A stretch of 64,000 bases of DNA from Eledone cirrhosa (lineage: Eukaryota). The DNA lies in assembly GCA_964016885.1 (NCBI GenBank), contig OZ024740.1:132804001-132868000 (forward strand), in the 5' to 3' direction. Of the stretch, positions 15,226 through 30,825 are shown piece by piece. Positions within the stretch are counted from its first letter, which is position 1. Each line of letters starts with the position of its first letter. Position numbers and translations under genes: made by a program. Below the pieces are notes generated by a model. The model was given only the letters and a program-made list of their open reading frames with translations, had not been told where the DNA came from and made no database searches.

Positions 15226-15908
15226 ATATATAAACACTGTCTGTGCGTCTTGTAAGATAATAATCGTACATTACATCGGCATCTTTGTCACGTTCTGTTG
15301 TAAAAGTTACATCTACACGATTTAAACAAATAGTATGAGATAGTTGGAAATAATATAGATCCTGGTTGTAATAAGGATGATGATGGAAAGGAAATTAAAT
15401 ACAGGCGATTCTCTGACATTGAAATGCCGTATATCTGGTGATGTGACACACTGAACGCACAAGGAAATTGTTTGAGTGAATGGTAAATCCTTAATGGATA
15501 TTTTTTAAGAGGTTCAACACGTAACAAATGCATGAATCAATAGCCTGAAATAGTTGATAAGTTTCATTTAAGCTGAAACTTGTGTGTGTAAATGTGTATG
15601 TGTGTCAACATGTAGCTGTGTGTGTATGGATGTTCTTGTGTGCGTTTAGTCATCCATTTTAGATAAAGCTTATTTGTTTAAAAGTTAATAATCATAACCA
15701 TATTTCCATATATGATATAATTATTAATTACATTTATATAAACATACTTTGTTTGAGAAATATAGTATTGCAAATATGATTGCTAAGCAATTTGAATAAG
15801 TTTCTCGTACAGTGTTTTCTAACATATTGCATATCATTTTTGGTTCTATTTTTAATGCACAAATTCTAGGAAGTATTTTATTTTCGATTTCAGCAGCAGC
15901 AATTCGTT

Positions 15909-15997
15909 TCAACATTCCTTGTTAAAATTCCTCATGTCTTCCACTTCGGTTGCTACAAGTTCTTGACCTCTTTCTCCTGTAATGTCCTTTTTATATT
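15909..15997 (-). CDS. Weak candidate terminal exon of an unidentified host gene
   Basis: Acceptor tattttgtattctgtcAG; phase-1 frame reads (E)YKKDITGERGQELVATEVEDMRNFNKEC*. No recognisable homology. Confidence 0.25.
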
Positions 15998-16204
15998 CTG
16001 ACAGAATACAAAATACGATTGTTATACAAACAGATTTGTCGTTGTTCAGAGAAGGCATAGTGATATATAATAAGAATATGGCAGACATGAAACCACAGGC
16101 TTGTCTTCTTAAATATTAGAGATCCAAAAATAAAATATCTAATTTAAAGTTTCATAACTCCAATGCTATTTTATCAAATATTTCTGCTGATTTAGATATC
16201 TTTA

Positions 16205-16392
16205 AATAATTGTTTCTACTTTTGGCACAAGGCCATCAATACCCAGTACATTACTGGTACTTTATTTTATCGACCCCGTAAGGATGAAAGGCAAAGTTAA
16301 CCTCGGCGGGATTTGAACTCAGACCGTAAAGGGACGTAACTATGCGGGAAAGCATGGCGTCCGACCCTCTACCGATACAACCAATTCACTCA
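16205..16392 (-). mobile_element. tRNA-derived SINE (octopus-like family S1)
   Basis: B-box-like gagttcaaatccc, body ggggtcgataaaataaagtaccag and end tggccttgtgcc..gtagaaacaattatt. Several further copies occur in the window. Confidence 0.85.
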
Positions 16393-17877
16393 TGATTTCT
16401 GGTTTAGGCAAAAGGTTGTTCGTAAGAGTTATATTACAATAATATATTAATATTTAAATGAGTGTTGCCATTTATCTGAAACAAAAAGTGCGCTATAAAT
16501 TGATTCATCAAGAATAATTAATAATTCATAGTAATTTTTAATATTTTTCTTATTGTTTCTTAATGTTACTATTGATAATTAATATGCATTTTGCATTGCT
16601 ATATCCTATAACAATGCTGTTTTCTACATATTCATATTGCATAACTGCGATCGTATTTATAGACCTTTGAAGATGCACTTACAATGTACCGAATTGTTTA
16701 TACATCACCGAATAAGAATGTAATCATTGATTTGTAATCACGTAGAATCTGCTAACAGTTAGTTTGTAGAATGTTCTTGTAATGTAATACCTGGTTGAAG
16801 ATACTAAATCCTGTGAAAGGGGTGAGGGATGACACGTCCCGAATCCTTATGAAAAAATGTGCCAGGTTTTGCTGATAAACTATGGAATGGATTACATTTT
16901 ATGTTTGTCTATCTGTATATTATTGGGTAACTCTGTGAATGACTGATGCCTATGTAATATATTAATGTTTGTACGGGTTTCAATAACATTTATGCAAAAT
17001 GTTTGCAGCCAGTTTTTATATTGTAATATTTTGCAATTGATTAGATATATATGAGTATGAGTAATACATATTAACATAAAAAGAATATAGGCAAGACGAA
17101 TAAATACATTCTTATAATTCTATTTCAAGCTTCCATTCCATTGCTAAGAAAACTATTGTTTATACCAACAACTGCAATAAACTACAGTTATATTAATCAA
17201 GTATAAACAATGCTATAAAACGTGATATAAAATACAGAAACGTTCCACTTTGGATACCACAGTTTAAAACAAATATAATACCCATCAAATAAGCAAATAT
17301 AAATTTAACATGCTATACTAGTTCTTTTATACACGCAAACACACACTTGCAGATAGAAAAAACACACATACATTTATATATATATATATATTAGTTAGTG
17401 CATAATATTTTGCGAAAATATATGGCTGAAAAAATAATGTGACTAACATTATAAATCGACGATACATTACGAACTCGAGAATTACTTGTTTGAACTTCAA
17501 TATCTGATATTATTCCAAGCGAACATATTTCTCTTCAAGAAATAATAACACTTAAAAGATAAAAGCCAATGATCCAGATAATCGAAAAGTATTGCATATG
17601 AGGCACAATGTCGGAGGTTAATTCTATCGATAACTTTTTAATCAATAGATTTCTGAACCAGATCGTAGTTTTAGTATAAATTTCCCCTCGGTAAATGCTA
17701 AACAGCGATTATTTAAGCATTTAGGCATTAATGCCAATCGTTAAATATTCAATATTTTAACATATAATCAATGTGTTGACAAGAACTTTAAAAGTAATAA
17801 AATAATATATAGCTAAAAATATTCTTTTTACTTGTTGGTAAAACGTATGGAAAAAGAAAATTACATATTTTACTTAC

Positions 17878-17974
17878 CACGCTTGATGCAATGCTGTGCA
17901 ATGTTATCGATTAATAATAGTATTTTGACGAGAAGGTTCTCGGTGAAGTAAATACGGTGACAATTGTTCGTTTT
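17878..17974 (-). CDS. Weak candidate exon, phase-compatible with 15909-15997
   Basis: Strong donor G|GTAAGT, weak acceptor ttactctAG, open frame KTNNCHRIYFTENLLVKILLLIDNIAQHCIKR. Confidence 0.2.
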
Positions 17975-18716
17975 CTAGAGTAATGCATTTTTGTAACATT
18001 CAATTGCTGTCGTTCCATAATTCTTTACTTTATGTTAGCGACCAGGAATATAGCATCATATTTTGAAGTTAAGTCACAATCCATTACTAATTCAGCAGGT
18101 GTATAATTAAAGACATATCAGCGATAACATCTCATCGTTTTAGTGATATTTAGAACTACCTAATCTAAAGAGTCCTTGTCATATTAAATCCAGTCGAGTT
18201 TGATTAAAGAGTGGTTTGGTTTCTATTACCATCGCTTGCAACGGCTATATCTGTGATTCTTCGTCAGGAAGATTAATGATTAATTGGTTTAATGTGTGCA
18301 GAGACCTAAACTACATGAATTTCAAAGTTACCTAGGATCAAGGGGATCTACTGCTTGCTTTGGTGTGGTTACCATAGCTTTAGTTAAGTCATGTCATCTC
18401 AACCACCGAATTTCTTATCCTGACGCACATTGTGCCATCTCGGACAGGTGTCTTGAATTTTATTAACAGGTTGATTTATACTTGGTGAGAAAAAATTGAT
18501 AAGCTGAAACTTTACGCTATCACACACACACACACATGAATATATATAGGAGGCTGACAAAGTAACGATACATTCCACTAAAGGTCATATAGTTGTGTAA
18601 ATATTCATATATATGTCCACGCCAACACCGATCAGTTTTCATAGTCTATATATTCTCAATTGCTTAATCCCGTCCTCTATTTTTCCGTGGTCTCTTTTTT
18701 TCTACGAACTATCTCA

Positions 18717-19345
<629 letters not shown>

Positions 19346-19357
19346 ATATATATATAC

Positions 19358-20740
<1,383 letters not shown>

Positions 20741-21374
20741 TAATGTTTTACGTGTATTGTTTTATATTCATCTTTTCTATATATATATATATATATATCA
20801 TAAATCATGTCTATAGAATTATTAGATACATAAAATATATATCATTTCCTCTGCCAATCAGCATAATTAACCATATAAAAAATAAATTAGACCAAGCTAT
20901 AAGGATAAAGGCTCCTATGAAGAAATCTCCGACAAACAAACGAAAGTGGCCTCTTCGCGGTGGCCTCAATAGAGTATTTATCCAACATTTCGACAGCATG
21001 TAGAAACTGACCAAATATACAATCAACCATACACAATTTGGTGTAAATTCAAACTTAGAAGAAATGTGTACATACCGTAACTATATCTCTACCATGGTTT
21101 CATCCGTATTTTTAGATATCCAATTAATAGGAAATCCAAAGAGTTCGGATTCATCAGGAGACAAACTCAAAAATAGACACTTAGTATTCCAAAGCGATCG
21201 CGCCAAAATTAGATTCGAAAATGGCTTAGAATCACAATATGGCCGTGGTCAAGTTAGAAAGATTGTGATTGGTTGCTTACGGTATATATATATATAGTGA
21301 AAAGTGGAACGGGAACAAAACAGAGAGGCAGTACAAACAAAGGTTTATTAGTTTCACGCTCTTAAGGGGGCGGG

Positions 21375-21421
<47 letters not shown>

Positions 21422-21424
<3 letters not shown>

Positions 21425-23501
21425 AAAGATCTATTTAAAGTTGTTGGGATACAACAAGTAAATATGTTTATAACTGATATAAAGCACTCGACAAGTTTTG
21501 GGAGTAGATATACGATATTAATAAATGGAAACTATATTTATAAAACCATATTTATTTCATTATACATATTTCAGGGATACCATATTAAATTATGGTATGC
21601 CTTCATCAGACAAAATACAATATATAACAGATTTACAAATAGCTTTGACGTACCCTTTTAAAATACAACCATTACTTTTGGAGGCTGTCTGGATAGTGAA
21701 TTGTTTATATTGTTTTAATAAATCATAGTGTTAAGCACAATTAGAAAAAGACGGAGATAAAGAAAAAGAAAAAAGACAGAGAGATAGAAAAGAACAAAGA
21801 CGGAGAGAGAGAAAGAAAGAAAACCTGGATAAATATCGGGGAGAGAGAGAAATGTATGGAGAAAAGAAAGAAAGAGATAAATAAAGATAGGAGGAAATTA
21901 AAAAAAAAATTAAAAAAAAAGAAAAGAAAGAAAAGGAAGAAATATGAAAAACAAATTTTTTTTTTATTTTATTTTTTTTATTTATTTATTTTTCTTTTAT
22001 TTTTTAAATCTTTTAAATTATTTTTATTTATTTGTTTTGATTATGATAGCTTCTCATAACTTTCATATGTCTACCCTTTCAAAATCTTGATTGAGATATA
22101 CGTAGGATATATTTCTATACTAAATATATAAAACATTATTTTAACTTAAGATACTCTATAATGTTTTAAAGATATTTAATGCTTTGATATTTCTAGATTT
22201 CTTTTGTCTATACTGATATAGCTGCATTTCCAAAATGTAATCCTTTGGTATTTTAAATTTATTTTGTTATGGTTATGTTTACAAGTTATAATCCTTTAGT
22301 AATATATATCTCTATGCATATGTGTATATTAACATGCATAAAAAGTGTTATAGATTTGTTTGTGTCTATATATGTCTGTATATATACATGAGTGATGCGT
22401 GACGACGCACGCAAATATTTATTTATACATATGTATGTGTATATATGTATGTATTTATCTATGTGGTTGGGAGGTATGTTGCAGATATGCATAATATTAA
22501 ACACATGAATGGTAATCGTATATATGAGGACATGAATGTTAATCGTGTATATTTGTATATATATACTGTGAAATTTTTATAAAACAAAGAATGTATAGCA
22601 GTGATTAAGAGAAATCATTTACGTTTTGTATGGCTATATTGTTGGCTTGAGTAAACATAATTTCTATTTTCAGGACGTGCGTATCTATATGTATATATAT
22701 ATAAAGATATATTTGTATGTCTTTGCATAAAATACTGATCTCTATAGCAAGGGTACATTTTTGAACTCAGATTTTGATATATAGATCTGAAGTTTCTAAA
22801 CTAAACATATAGTCATTATTGAACAATGTTTAATTTCTCATTATATATATATATGTCCCATTCATGAATATTGATATTTATATTTTTATTATTCATTTCA
22901 TATAAATTGTTAACTCAACTTAATATGACATGACGTATAGTTTTCATTGTCCCCCCTCTCTCTATATAGTATTTCTCTCTCTTGATTTTTTCCCTCTGTA
23001 TGATTACTTGATATCACTCTGTTGCTTTCCTTTGTTTTTCTTATTTCTTCCTTTTCTTTCTTTTCTTTCTTTTTTTATTTTTTTTTTATTTATTTATTAT
23101 TATTATTATTTTTTTTTTATTTCCTCCGATCTTTATTTATCTCTTTCTTTCTTTTCTCCATACATTTCTCTCTCTCCCCGATATTTATCCAGGTTTTCTT
23201 TCTTTCTCTCTCTCCGTCTTTGTTCTTTTCTATCTCTCCGTCTTTTTTTTGTCTTTTTCTTTATCTCCGTCTTTTTCTAATTGTGCTTAACACTATGATT
23301 AATTAAAACAATATAAACAATTCACTATCCAGACAGCCTCCAAAAGTAATGGTTGTATTTTAAAAGGGTACGCTATTTGTAAAACTGTTATATATTGTAT
23401 TTTGTCTGATGAAGGCATACCATAATTTAATATGGTATCCCTGAAATATGTATAATGAAATAAATATGGTTTTATAAATATAGTTTCCATTTATTAATAT
23501 C

Positions 23502-23506
<5 letters not shown>
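21422..23506. mobile_element. Head-to-head PLE-type insertion: about 450-bp inverted arms (21508-21955 and 23031-23506) around a 1.1-kb spacer, between (TA)n tracts
   Basis: The arms give near-identical spurious ORFs on opposite strands (METIFIKPY...). Each arm carries an HHR-like core and the left arm has an extra tail of about 85 nt. Confidence 0.88.
23398..23460 (+). ncRNA. Hammerhead-like motif (mirror copy on the minus strand at about 21552-21615)
   Basis: CUGAUGA-AGGCAUACCAUA(auuuaa)UAUGGUAUCCCU-GAAA-UAUG-UA. Stem I is imperfect. Confidence 0.55.
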
Positions 23507-23554
<48 letters not shown>

Positions 23555-23556
<2 letters not shown>

Positions 23557-24040
23557 GGTCTGTGTGTGTGGGTAAAAGGTAAACATAAATAACAACACAA
23601 TCGGTATACTATATGGAAGGAATATATTAGGTTAACGCTTGAAATAGCAGGAACCGGGTCTTAACATTTCGGACGCTAGTCCTTCATCAGAAGAAATAAT
23701 GAGAAATTAGAAAGTTTGAAGAGACAGGTGGGGCGGTATCTTCCCTCACTTTCTACTACTGCTATTTCCTATCGTCAGGCTATGAATTTGATTTTGACAC
23801 CGGTATCATTGTTGGGTAACAGCCTTAATTTCATTCACTGAATGTTTAATTTTCCCACCTTTCGGCAGCTATGTTGCATAATTAGATGCACAACCCTTTG
23901 TTCAGTCAATTCTTGTTGTAAATGTTCACGTATGTAAACACTTTGATTTAAAGACATCTGTAAATATTTACGGTTTTTTTTTATCGTCTCACTTATGTCA
24001 CACCAACATTACAAGATCTGTTCTGTTGCGCACACTGGCA
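23555..24040 (-). mobile_element. Decayed PLE 3' end with an HHR
   Basis: Abuts a microsatellite and contains the HHR at 23659-23694. Confidence 0.5.
23659..23694 (-). ncRNA. Minimal type I hammerhead ribozyme motif
   Basis: UCUU-CUGAUGA-A-GGAC(uagc)GUCC-GAAA-UG-UU^AAGA, with stem I UCUU/AAGA. Confidence 0.75.
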
Positions 24041-25239
24041 TTACATTACACGTGTAGTACTACGGTAATGCATAGCTCTGCATCACTAGCAAAGTGGGTG
24101 ACGTGTTTATGATGCATTTTGTCAGTACATTTTATATAACTATGTGCATTTTCTGCTGAAACTTTATTCGTACGTATCCACGCAAATACATAAAATATAT
24201 AAGTATACATTCTCACTAGCTTGATCTTGACACCCCTTACTTTCCTTCTGCTCTCTCTCACTCACTCTCTCTCTCTCTCTCTCTTCTGACTCTCTGTCTC
24301 TCTCTCTTTCTATCCCCTCCCCTCTCTCTCTATATCACTCTCCTTTTTTTTCACTGTATCTCGTTTGCTACTGCTGCTACTTTCTGTCATCAGTTCATTG
24401 ATTTGGTCCGTATGACAATAACACTGCTAGGAAGCGATCAAAATTTATTGCCCCTCATATTTCATCGACTACATTTGTATTGGGCAGCTACCTGCACAAT
24501 ATGTTGTCAATTAAATTCTAGTTGTTAACGTATATATCTCTTATGGTGGAAAGTCTATTCCTGATTCTGTTATCATCTCACATGCAACACACCAGCAGAT
24601 CTCTTGCGCAATGTGGCATTACACCTGCAATACCACATTACATGCGCAACACTGCACTGCCAGAAATAATATTGGCAATGTAATGATACATTTGAGGCAT
24701 TTGTATGAAACCAGTAAACGAATAAAATGAAAACAAGAGGAATTAAGCTTCAGAACTTTGGCTGGAATTTGCTTCTCTTCACAAACCCAACTAAACTTAT
24801 TGTTTGGTAACATCATGGATAATGTTCCAAGCATATCACGACCTGTTCAGAAATATAGTCGAATATTAGATTTCTCTAGATGTTGTTGTTGTTTAAATGC
24901 AGACCTGTGCTGCTAACGCAGATCTTTAATCAAATGTAATACAGCCATGACCATTTCGACGTCTAGTCAAACAGTATGTAACTACGATTTTATTAGGTAA
25001 TAACTGCTCTCTTTTTAAATTAAGACGAACATTATTTGCGTGATATTTTGTAGCTACGCCTATCAGGCCAATCGACCGCATCATGATAACCTTGTGTTAC
25101 TTCAAATATTTTGTACTTGATTGATGTTTTGTTCTTTTAATGTAAGCACGGATATTGTTGCTTCAATTTTTCAGTTAGATAGTGAGTTCAAATTCAGTCG
25201 ATGACAAATTTGCCTCTCATTATCCCGTGATCGATATGG

Positions 25240-25450
25240 CCGGTGGATTGGCAGTATCGGTTGGACGCCATGCTTTGCAGCATAGAGATACGGCAATTTA
25301 TGATCTGAGTTCAATTATCGTCGGGGTTAATTTTGTCTTTCATCGTAACGGGGTCGATAAAATAAAGTACCAGTCACACACTGGGATCGCTTTAATAGAC
25401 TTTCCCCTACCCCAAAATTGCTGGCCTTACGTCTATATAAAAAACCATTA
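25240..25450 (+). mobile_element. SINE S1 copy
   Basis: Head ggcggtggattggcagtatcggtt-like, ctgagttcaa, and ggggtcgataaaataaagtaccag. Confidence 0.8.
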
Positions 25451-25582
25451 TTCTGTGATTTATAAAATTATCTACTAGTTAAGTACTCTTGATTATATTC
25501 TTCACTTTCTTTCTCTACCGTGTTGCTCTCCTTGTGCCAATTGATAAAAAGAATTGAGTTAAATAGTGTGTTTTTCTTTCAT

Positions 25583-25770
25583 TACGGGGTCGATAAAATA
25601 AAGTACCAGTAATGCACTGGATGATTGCTGGCCTTGTGCCTAAAGTAGAAACAATTAATTTCGTATGAGGCCATCAATTACCCAGTTACCCAGTACAATA
25701 AAGTACCAGTAATGTACTGGTAATTTGCTGGCCTTGTGCCTAAAGTAGAAACAATTGATTTCGTATGAGA
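25583..25770 (+). mobile_element. Two tandem 3' fragments of SINE S1, duplicated with flanking ttcgtatgag
   Basis: ataaagtaccagtaatg..tggccttgtgcctaaagtagaaacaatt..ttcgtatgag occurs twice. Confidence 0.8.
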
Positions 25771-27248
25771 CTCATTAGTAAATTTTGAAGTCAGTTAATA
25801 TAACCTTATATGATCGACGCTTTTAAAATTTACGATGGATAAAGTTTTATGCCTTAAATATATTTTAGTTAACTAAATCTACTTTTTGCATTACTCAATA
25901 TGCTTCTCGCATTCCCTTTGACATTGTCAACTTGTTTCCGAAAGCGAAATGGTGTTATTTTTTTTTTTTTGGGGGGGGGGGGGGGGGGGTTATGAACATC
26001 CTACATATGAATTTAGTTACAACATCGTCAGCAAAAATGGTTCAAATGTCAATGTATTCTACTGAAAAGTTCAAAGACTGATGTTAGATCTGTGAAATGT
26101 TGCAAGTATTCACTTCAAATCTTTTATGAATAACTGCATTGTTTCTTTCCTATTCTATGTTGAAAAGTAAACCTTATTTAGACATTGAACTTTTCAGCAT
26201 ATGAACATGTCGGTCGGCTCTCGTAGATATACATTTTTATATAAATATAAGTTCTATTTCAATCTAAACCTACAATTGTGAAACATTAATATAAGCGTAA
26301 TGTAAACCTTTCGTTAGGTAATACTATAAAAAAACCAACAGCTCATCAGTCCTCTTTCCTATTAAGATATCTATTATTAGTTGAAGTAGTTATGAAGATG
26401 TTATCTGTGGGGAGTCAATCAATTATTAAGTCGCATTCAACTATATTTGTGACTAGATATCGATTTGTTTAGTGCATTCTTCATGATGTTACCAAAGAAA
26501 TGGTTGCGTGTGTGAAGAGATGTAAATTCTGGCCAAAACCTTTTATTTTTCTTAAATTCTTATATTAGTTTCAGACGAATTCATAATTTGAGAATTAAAT
26601 TATCGCAATTGTAATATTAATGACATATTGCGATCTCTAATAATAGTATCGGTGCATATACACTGAAGCTATTACTATTCTCACTACTTAATGTAGTAAT
26701 GCTGTATTGCAAATTCTGCATTTATTGTGCAATATAGCAGGATTAAAATAAAAATAAAATCCTAATAGATGTTTATGCCATTTCTACTAACACCTTTCAA
26801 CCTTTCCTTTCAAAGGGTCATGAACTCAACTAAAGTGTATTACTTTTCATCTTAACACCATATGAAAAAAACAATTTGATTCGTTAGTTCTTCAACTACT
26901 TCCAAATATGGACATGATACTAACATGCTACTAATTCTGAGTAAAATTATTATTGCTTTTGAAAACAAAGTAAATATTGTCTCTATCTGATAGTTTGTAA
27001 ACTTACATAGATCAATAACTGAGTATAGATACAATGTGTTATCACCATCTAGAAACGATCGTAAAGCAGAGAAGTATATCTCTAATGACTTGATGTTTTA
27101 TTTCATTGTTTTAACTTATATCATGACTCTGTTTTCCTTTTAATGTTTTATTGTTTTCTGAGATTTATCTTAACCTACAATATTTTCAACATATGGATTA
27201 CATTGAGTTCTTCATACAGAATAGACCCCACAACTTACAGTGGATACC

Positions 27249-27324
<76 letters not shown>

Positions 27325-28399
27325 GTGGGATTTTGTGTACAAACATGATATCGAAAGCTTTCATTTATATAAGGTAATAGCTTCTCCAAATATTTTGAAA
27401 CAAGTTCTCCCTTTTCATCGGAGTATGTTATTCTCGGTTAGCTGATGGCTTTCAGCTTGTTATATTATATGTGCAAACATCTACCGTATTTACGATTACT
27501 ATACAACATTTTGAACATGAATGAGTCTCTAGGAACCGTTTTGTATTTTTAACCCAATTTTAAATGCATACAATACTTCAGACCTTTTCCAAAATTCAGT
27601 TAACATATTGAAGCAACTTCGAATATTCTTAGTCATTCATTCCACAGAGGCCAACGCCTTAGCACCCAACATGTACCGAGGCTTGCATCCTGAATTATGA
27701 ATTAATTTTCAGAATACTGGCTATAGTTATGAAACATTCTTTCCTAAACTAATTTAACTCTCACAACAGGATTTTGATATTTTGGATGTATCAATAAACA
27801 TCACAATTGAAAGAATATCTACATCCCTCTTAAAGCAGATTTCTAACCTACAAATATCAATAAAGAAAAATTACGAAACTAAATTTAAATTTCTAATTTA
27901 TGTTATTAAAATATTCTATTAAATAGATGATTATCTATGTTAAATAACCAATATCGTATTCCAATCTTTTTGCCAATAATAGAAAAATTAATCAACAGTT
28001 ATCAAGACAAAATATTGCAATACTTAAAAACAAGATAGAACAATATCCTTTGTTGTATGGAGAGTAACGATATATTAACTAAAATAAAGGATAATATCGT
28101 ACAGAAACGATTATTAATCCAAATAAATATGAATGCATATCAAAAAATATAACGCGATTCATAAGTTAAGCTCGCTTCAATATTGCTGTCTTTAAATCAC
28201 CATTAACATCACTAGCAGAATAACCGCCCCTCGAGCCGTTTTCTGCTGGCATATGTAGTGTGCGTATTGGTATTATACGCAAATATATATTCATATAGAT
28301 ATGATATGTAAATTGAAAAGTAAATTGACAATGTCTTTTTCTTCTTCACCCACTTATTTCTGAGAGGGTCATGCGGACAGAGACCTCTTGAAACACTCC

Positions 28400-28740
28400 T
28401 TCCAGCGAGTTTGTCAGAAGCAAAAATATCTGCAACTGTTCCATCTGGATACCAAAGCGAGACCATCCAAGCTCATGGATGTTATCCAACTATTTGTCTC
28501 AGGGTCAACCTCTGGATTTCCTGCCGGTTGTTCGGCCTGTTAAATCTGTCCAGCGATTCTTTCCTGAGACATTCTAACCACATTTTCATACTATCAGAGC
28601 TGTGATAGCTCCACCCGGAGAACTTAATTCAGCCTTCTGCATACCATCACTCGTGAAAACGGCCCCGAGATAGTTGAACTTATCTAACTGCTGCAATGGA
28701 ACTCCATTCACATGTATATGAATTTGAGCGGCTTCTGTCC
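28400..28740 (-). mobile_element. RTE-type LINE 3' remnant
   Basis: Minus-strand translation gives IHVNGVPLQQLDKFNYLGAVFTSDG. Confidence 0.6.
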
Positions 28741-28835
28741 ATCCGTTCATCGCACAATGTATGTGTGTTTATGTGAATGTATGTGTGTGTAAAAGGAAGG
28801 GGATACACATATATGTCTCTAACTTAAAGACGGTG

Positions 28836-28913
<78 letters not shown>

Positions 28914-28959
28914 CAGACACACACATACACACACGCGTCTCTAATTTCAGATCACCGCC

Positions 28960-29440
28960 AAATTCACGCGGGCGCATGTACACGCATTGTCCTATTACCG
29001 CTTAAGTGTTTTGACCCGGGCAAACATTCCCTCAATATCGGAACCGTCTGGGTTGTCCAGAATTGTTGGGATAAGACTTGATGGTCTTACCCTGTGTCCT
29101 TGTTAAAGAATCAGGTGCACTATCTGAGACACCACAGTTAGTGACTCTTTTGCTTATACCTGATCCTGGATTTAGTGGTAAGGGTGAGAGGAACTGTATC
29201 CGCAACCGAACGGAATAAAATCGTTAAATACTGTGATCTGTCGGGCAACTAAACTTTCCAGCCTGTGGCGTTCGAGATGTTTGGGGAAATCGGGACACTG
29301 ACTGCGTGGTTCTTATCTTCTCTAGCAGCCCGCCTAACCGGGGTAACTGGTGATGCTCGATAGGGCGATTGATTGTTCCAGCACCTGAGATTCGAATTCA
29401 CGCGACGTAAAGCTTCCAGCGTGCTGGATTGCCTCCAAAA
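28960..29440 (+). mobile_element. CRE-like non-LTR retrotransposon remnant (restriction-like endonuclease C-terminus)
   Basis: Translation with stops gives EPSGLSR..RLDGLTL.P...DTTVSDSFA, E.NKIVKY.DL, FQPVAFEMFGEIG and LAARL..VTGDAR...LFQHL. Confidence 0.75.
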
Positions 29441-29788
29441 TTATTAGAGACTTTTCCCAGTGCTCCTTGCGATATTGTTATCGTTTGCTCTGGTAGCGGC
29501 TCGTTTGACCCCCCCCCCCTTTTCGCCTTTAGTTGCATGTGGTCCCTGATGTGTGTACCACCTGCTTCTGAGATTTTTGCTCTTTCTTTTTTTTCCTACC
29601 CTTTCCTTTGTATATACTATATTTCTTACTGTTTTCGTTCTGTAAGCACTATATTATTATATTTTTTATACATATAAATGTGTGTATATGCACATATACA
29701 TACATTCACATACACATACGCGTCGGCGTATTGAAAAAAAATCATAATCACTTGATCTTTCTATTTTACTCTTATTCTCTCTCTCTCG

Positions 29789-29829
<41 letters not shown>

Positions 29830-29849
29830 CCTCTCTATCTCTCTTTCTC

Positions 29850-29943
<94 letters not shown>

Positions 29944-30012
29944 ACATAGTAACTCTGTTTGTATCTCTCTCTTCACACACCTCTTTCTTTTCGCTCTTTC
30001 TATATATATATA

Positions 30013-30745
30013 TCTGTATATATATAAATCTGAAAATTTCTGTATGTATGTGTATATGTGTGTCGATATTTTTTAATGAGATCTCATATATTCTACACCA
30101 TTTTTGCGATTTCTTTGACATTTTTTACAGAGCTTCTCCTTGCACAAAACCTGTACATGATCTACAAAGGCTTTCAAAAATCGATATTGGGGCCGTTGGA
30201 GACATTAAAAAATCTTCGGTTATTTGTGTGAATTTTCGTGATCAAGTAAGACAAGAGTTATCTTTCGTAATCAAGAGTTATCTTTCGTAATTCGGCTCAT
30301 TCGGAATTTTTAATTTACTCTTTCTCTTGAAACAAAGAGAATAACAGTATCATTTCGTATATTTCACAACCAGCAATTTCTAACAGATTACTAAGTTAAG
30401 TTATAGATTTGACATTGTATAATTTATCGTTTCAAGCTTGATGTTCATATTAACTGATTTCATAACTTTTACAATATTATGCCTAAAGAGTTAGAATTAT
30501 TCTATGTCTTCGCATTAATTAGACTACGTTTCTGACACATAATTTAATTATTAACTTACATACCGTGTACATTTCCAACGTTCTACCGCTACATGTACTT
30601 CAAATACATTTTACAATTAATCTTTATTTTTACATTCGATTGTGTTATATCGTGTTTCTTCTATGTATTCAAATTTACTTTGTTTAGTTTAATGAGCTAC
30701 ATCGAAAGCTACTTGAACCGTCCAAAGGACGGGTAGTTTAACTAG
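30013..30745 (+). mobile_element. Non-autonomous Helitron
   Basis: 5' end A|TCtgtatatatataaa. At the 3' end the hairpin ccgtcc-aaa-ggacgg (30718-30732) is followed 9 nt later by CTAG|T. No target-site duplication. Confidence 0.75.

Positions 30746-30825
<80 letters not shown>

Noticed and set aside
21525-23490. Twin small ORFs METIFIKPY... on opposite strands as a duplicated gene
   Set aside because: They are antisense translations of the inverted pseudo-LTR arms.
24619-24845. Minus-strand ORF behind a plausible splice acceptor
   Set aside because: No recognisable homology, and it overlaps a diverged local repeat (similar to about 24000-24095).
30131-30245. Exon-like segment with AG/GT boundaries and an open frame
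   Set aside because: It lies inside the Helitron (30013-30745) and has no recognisable homology. A captured exon cannot be excluded but is unsupported.
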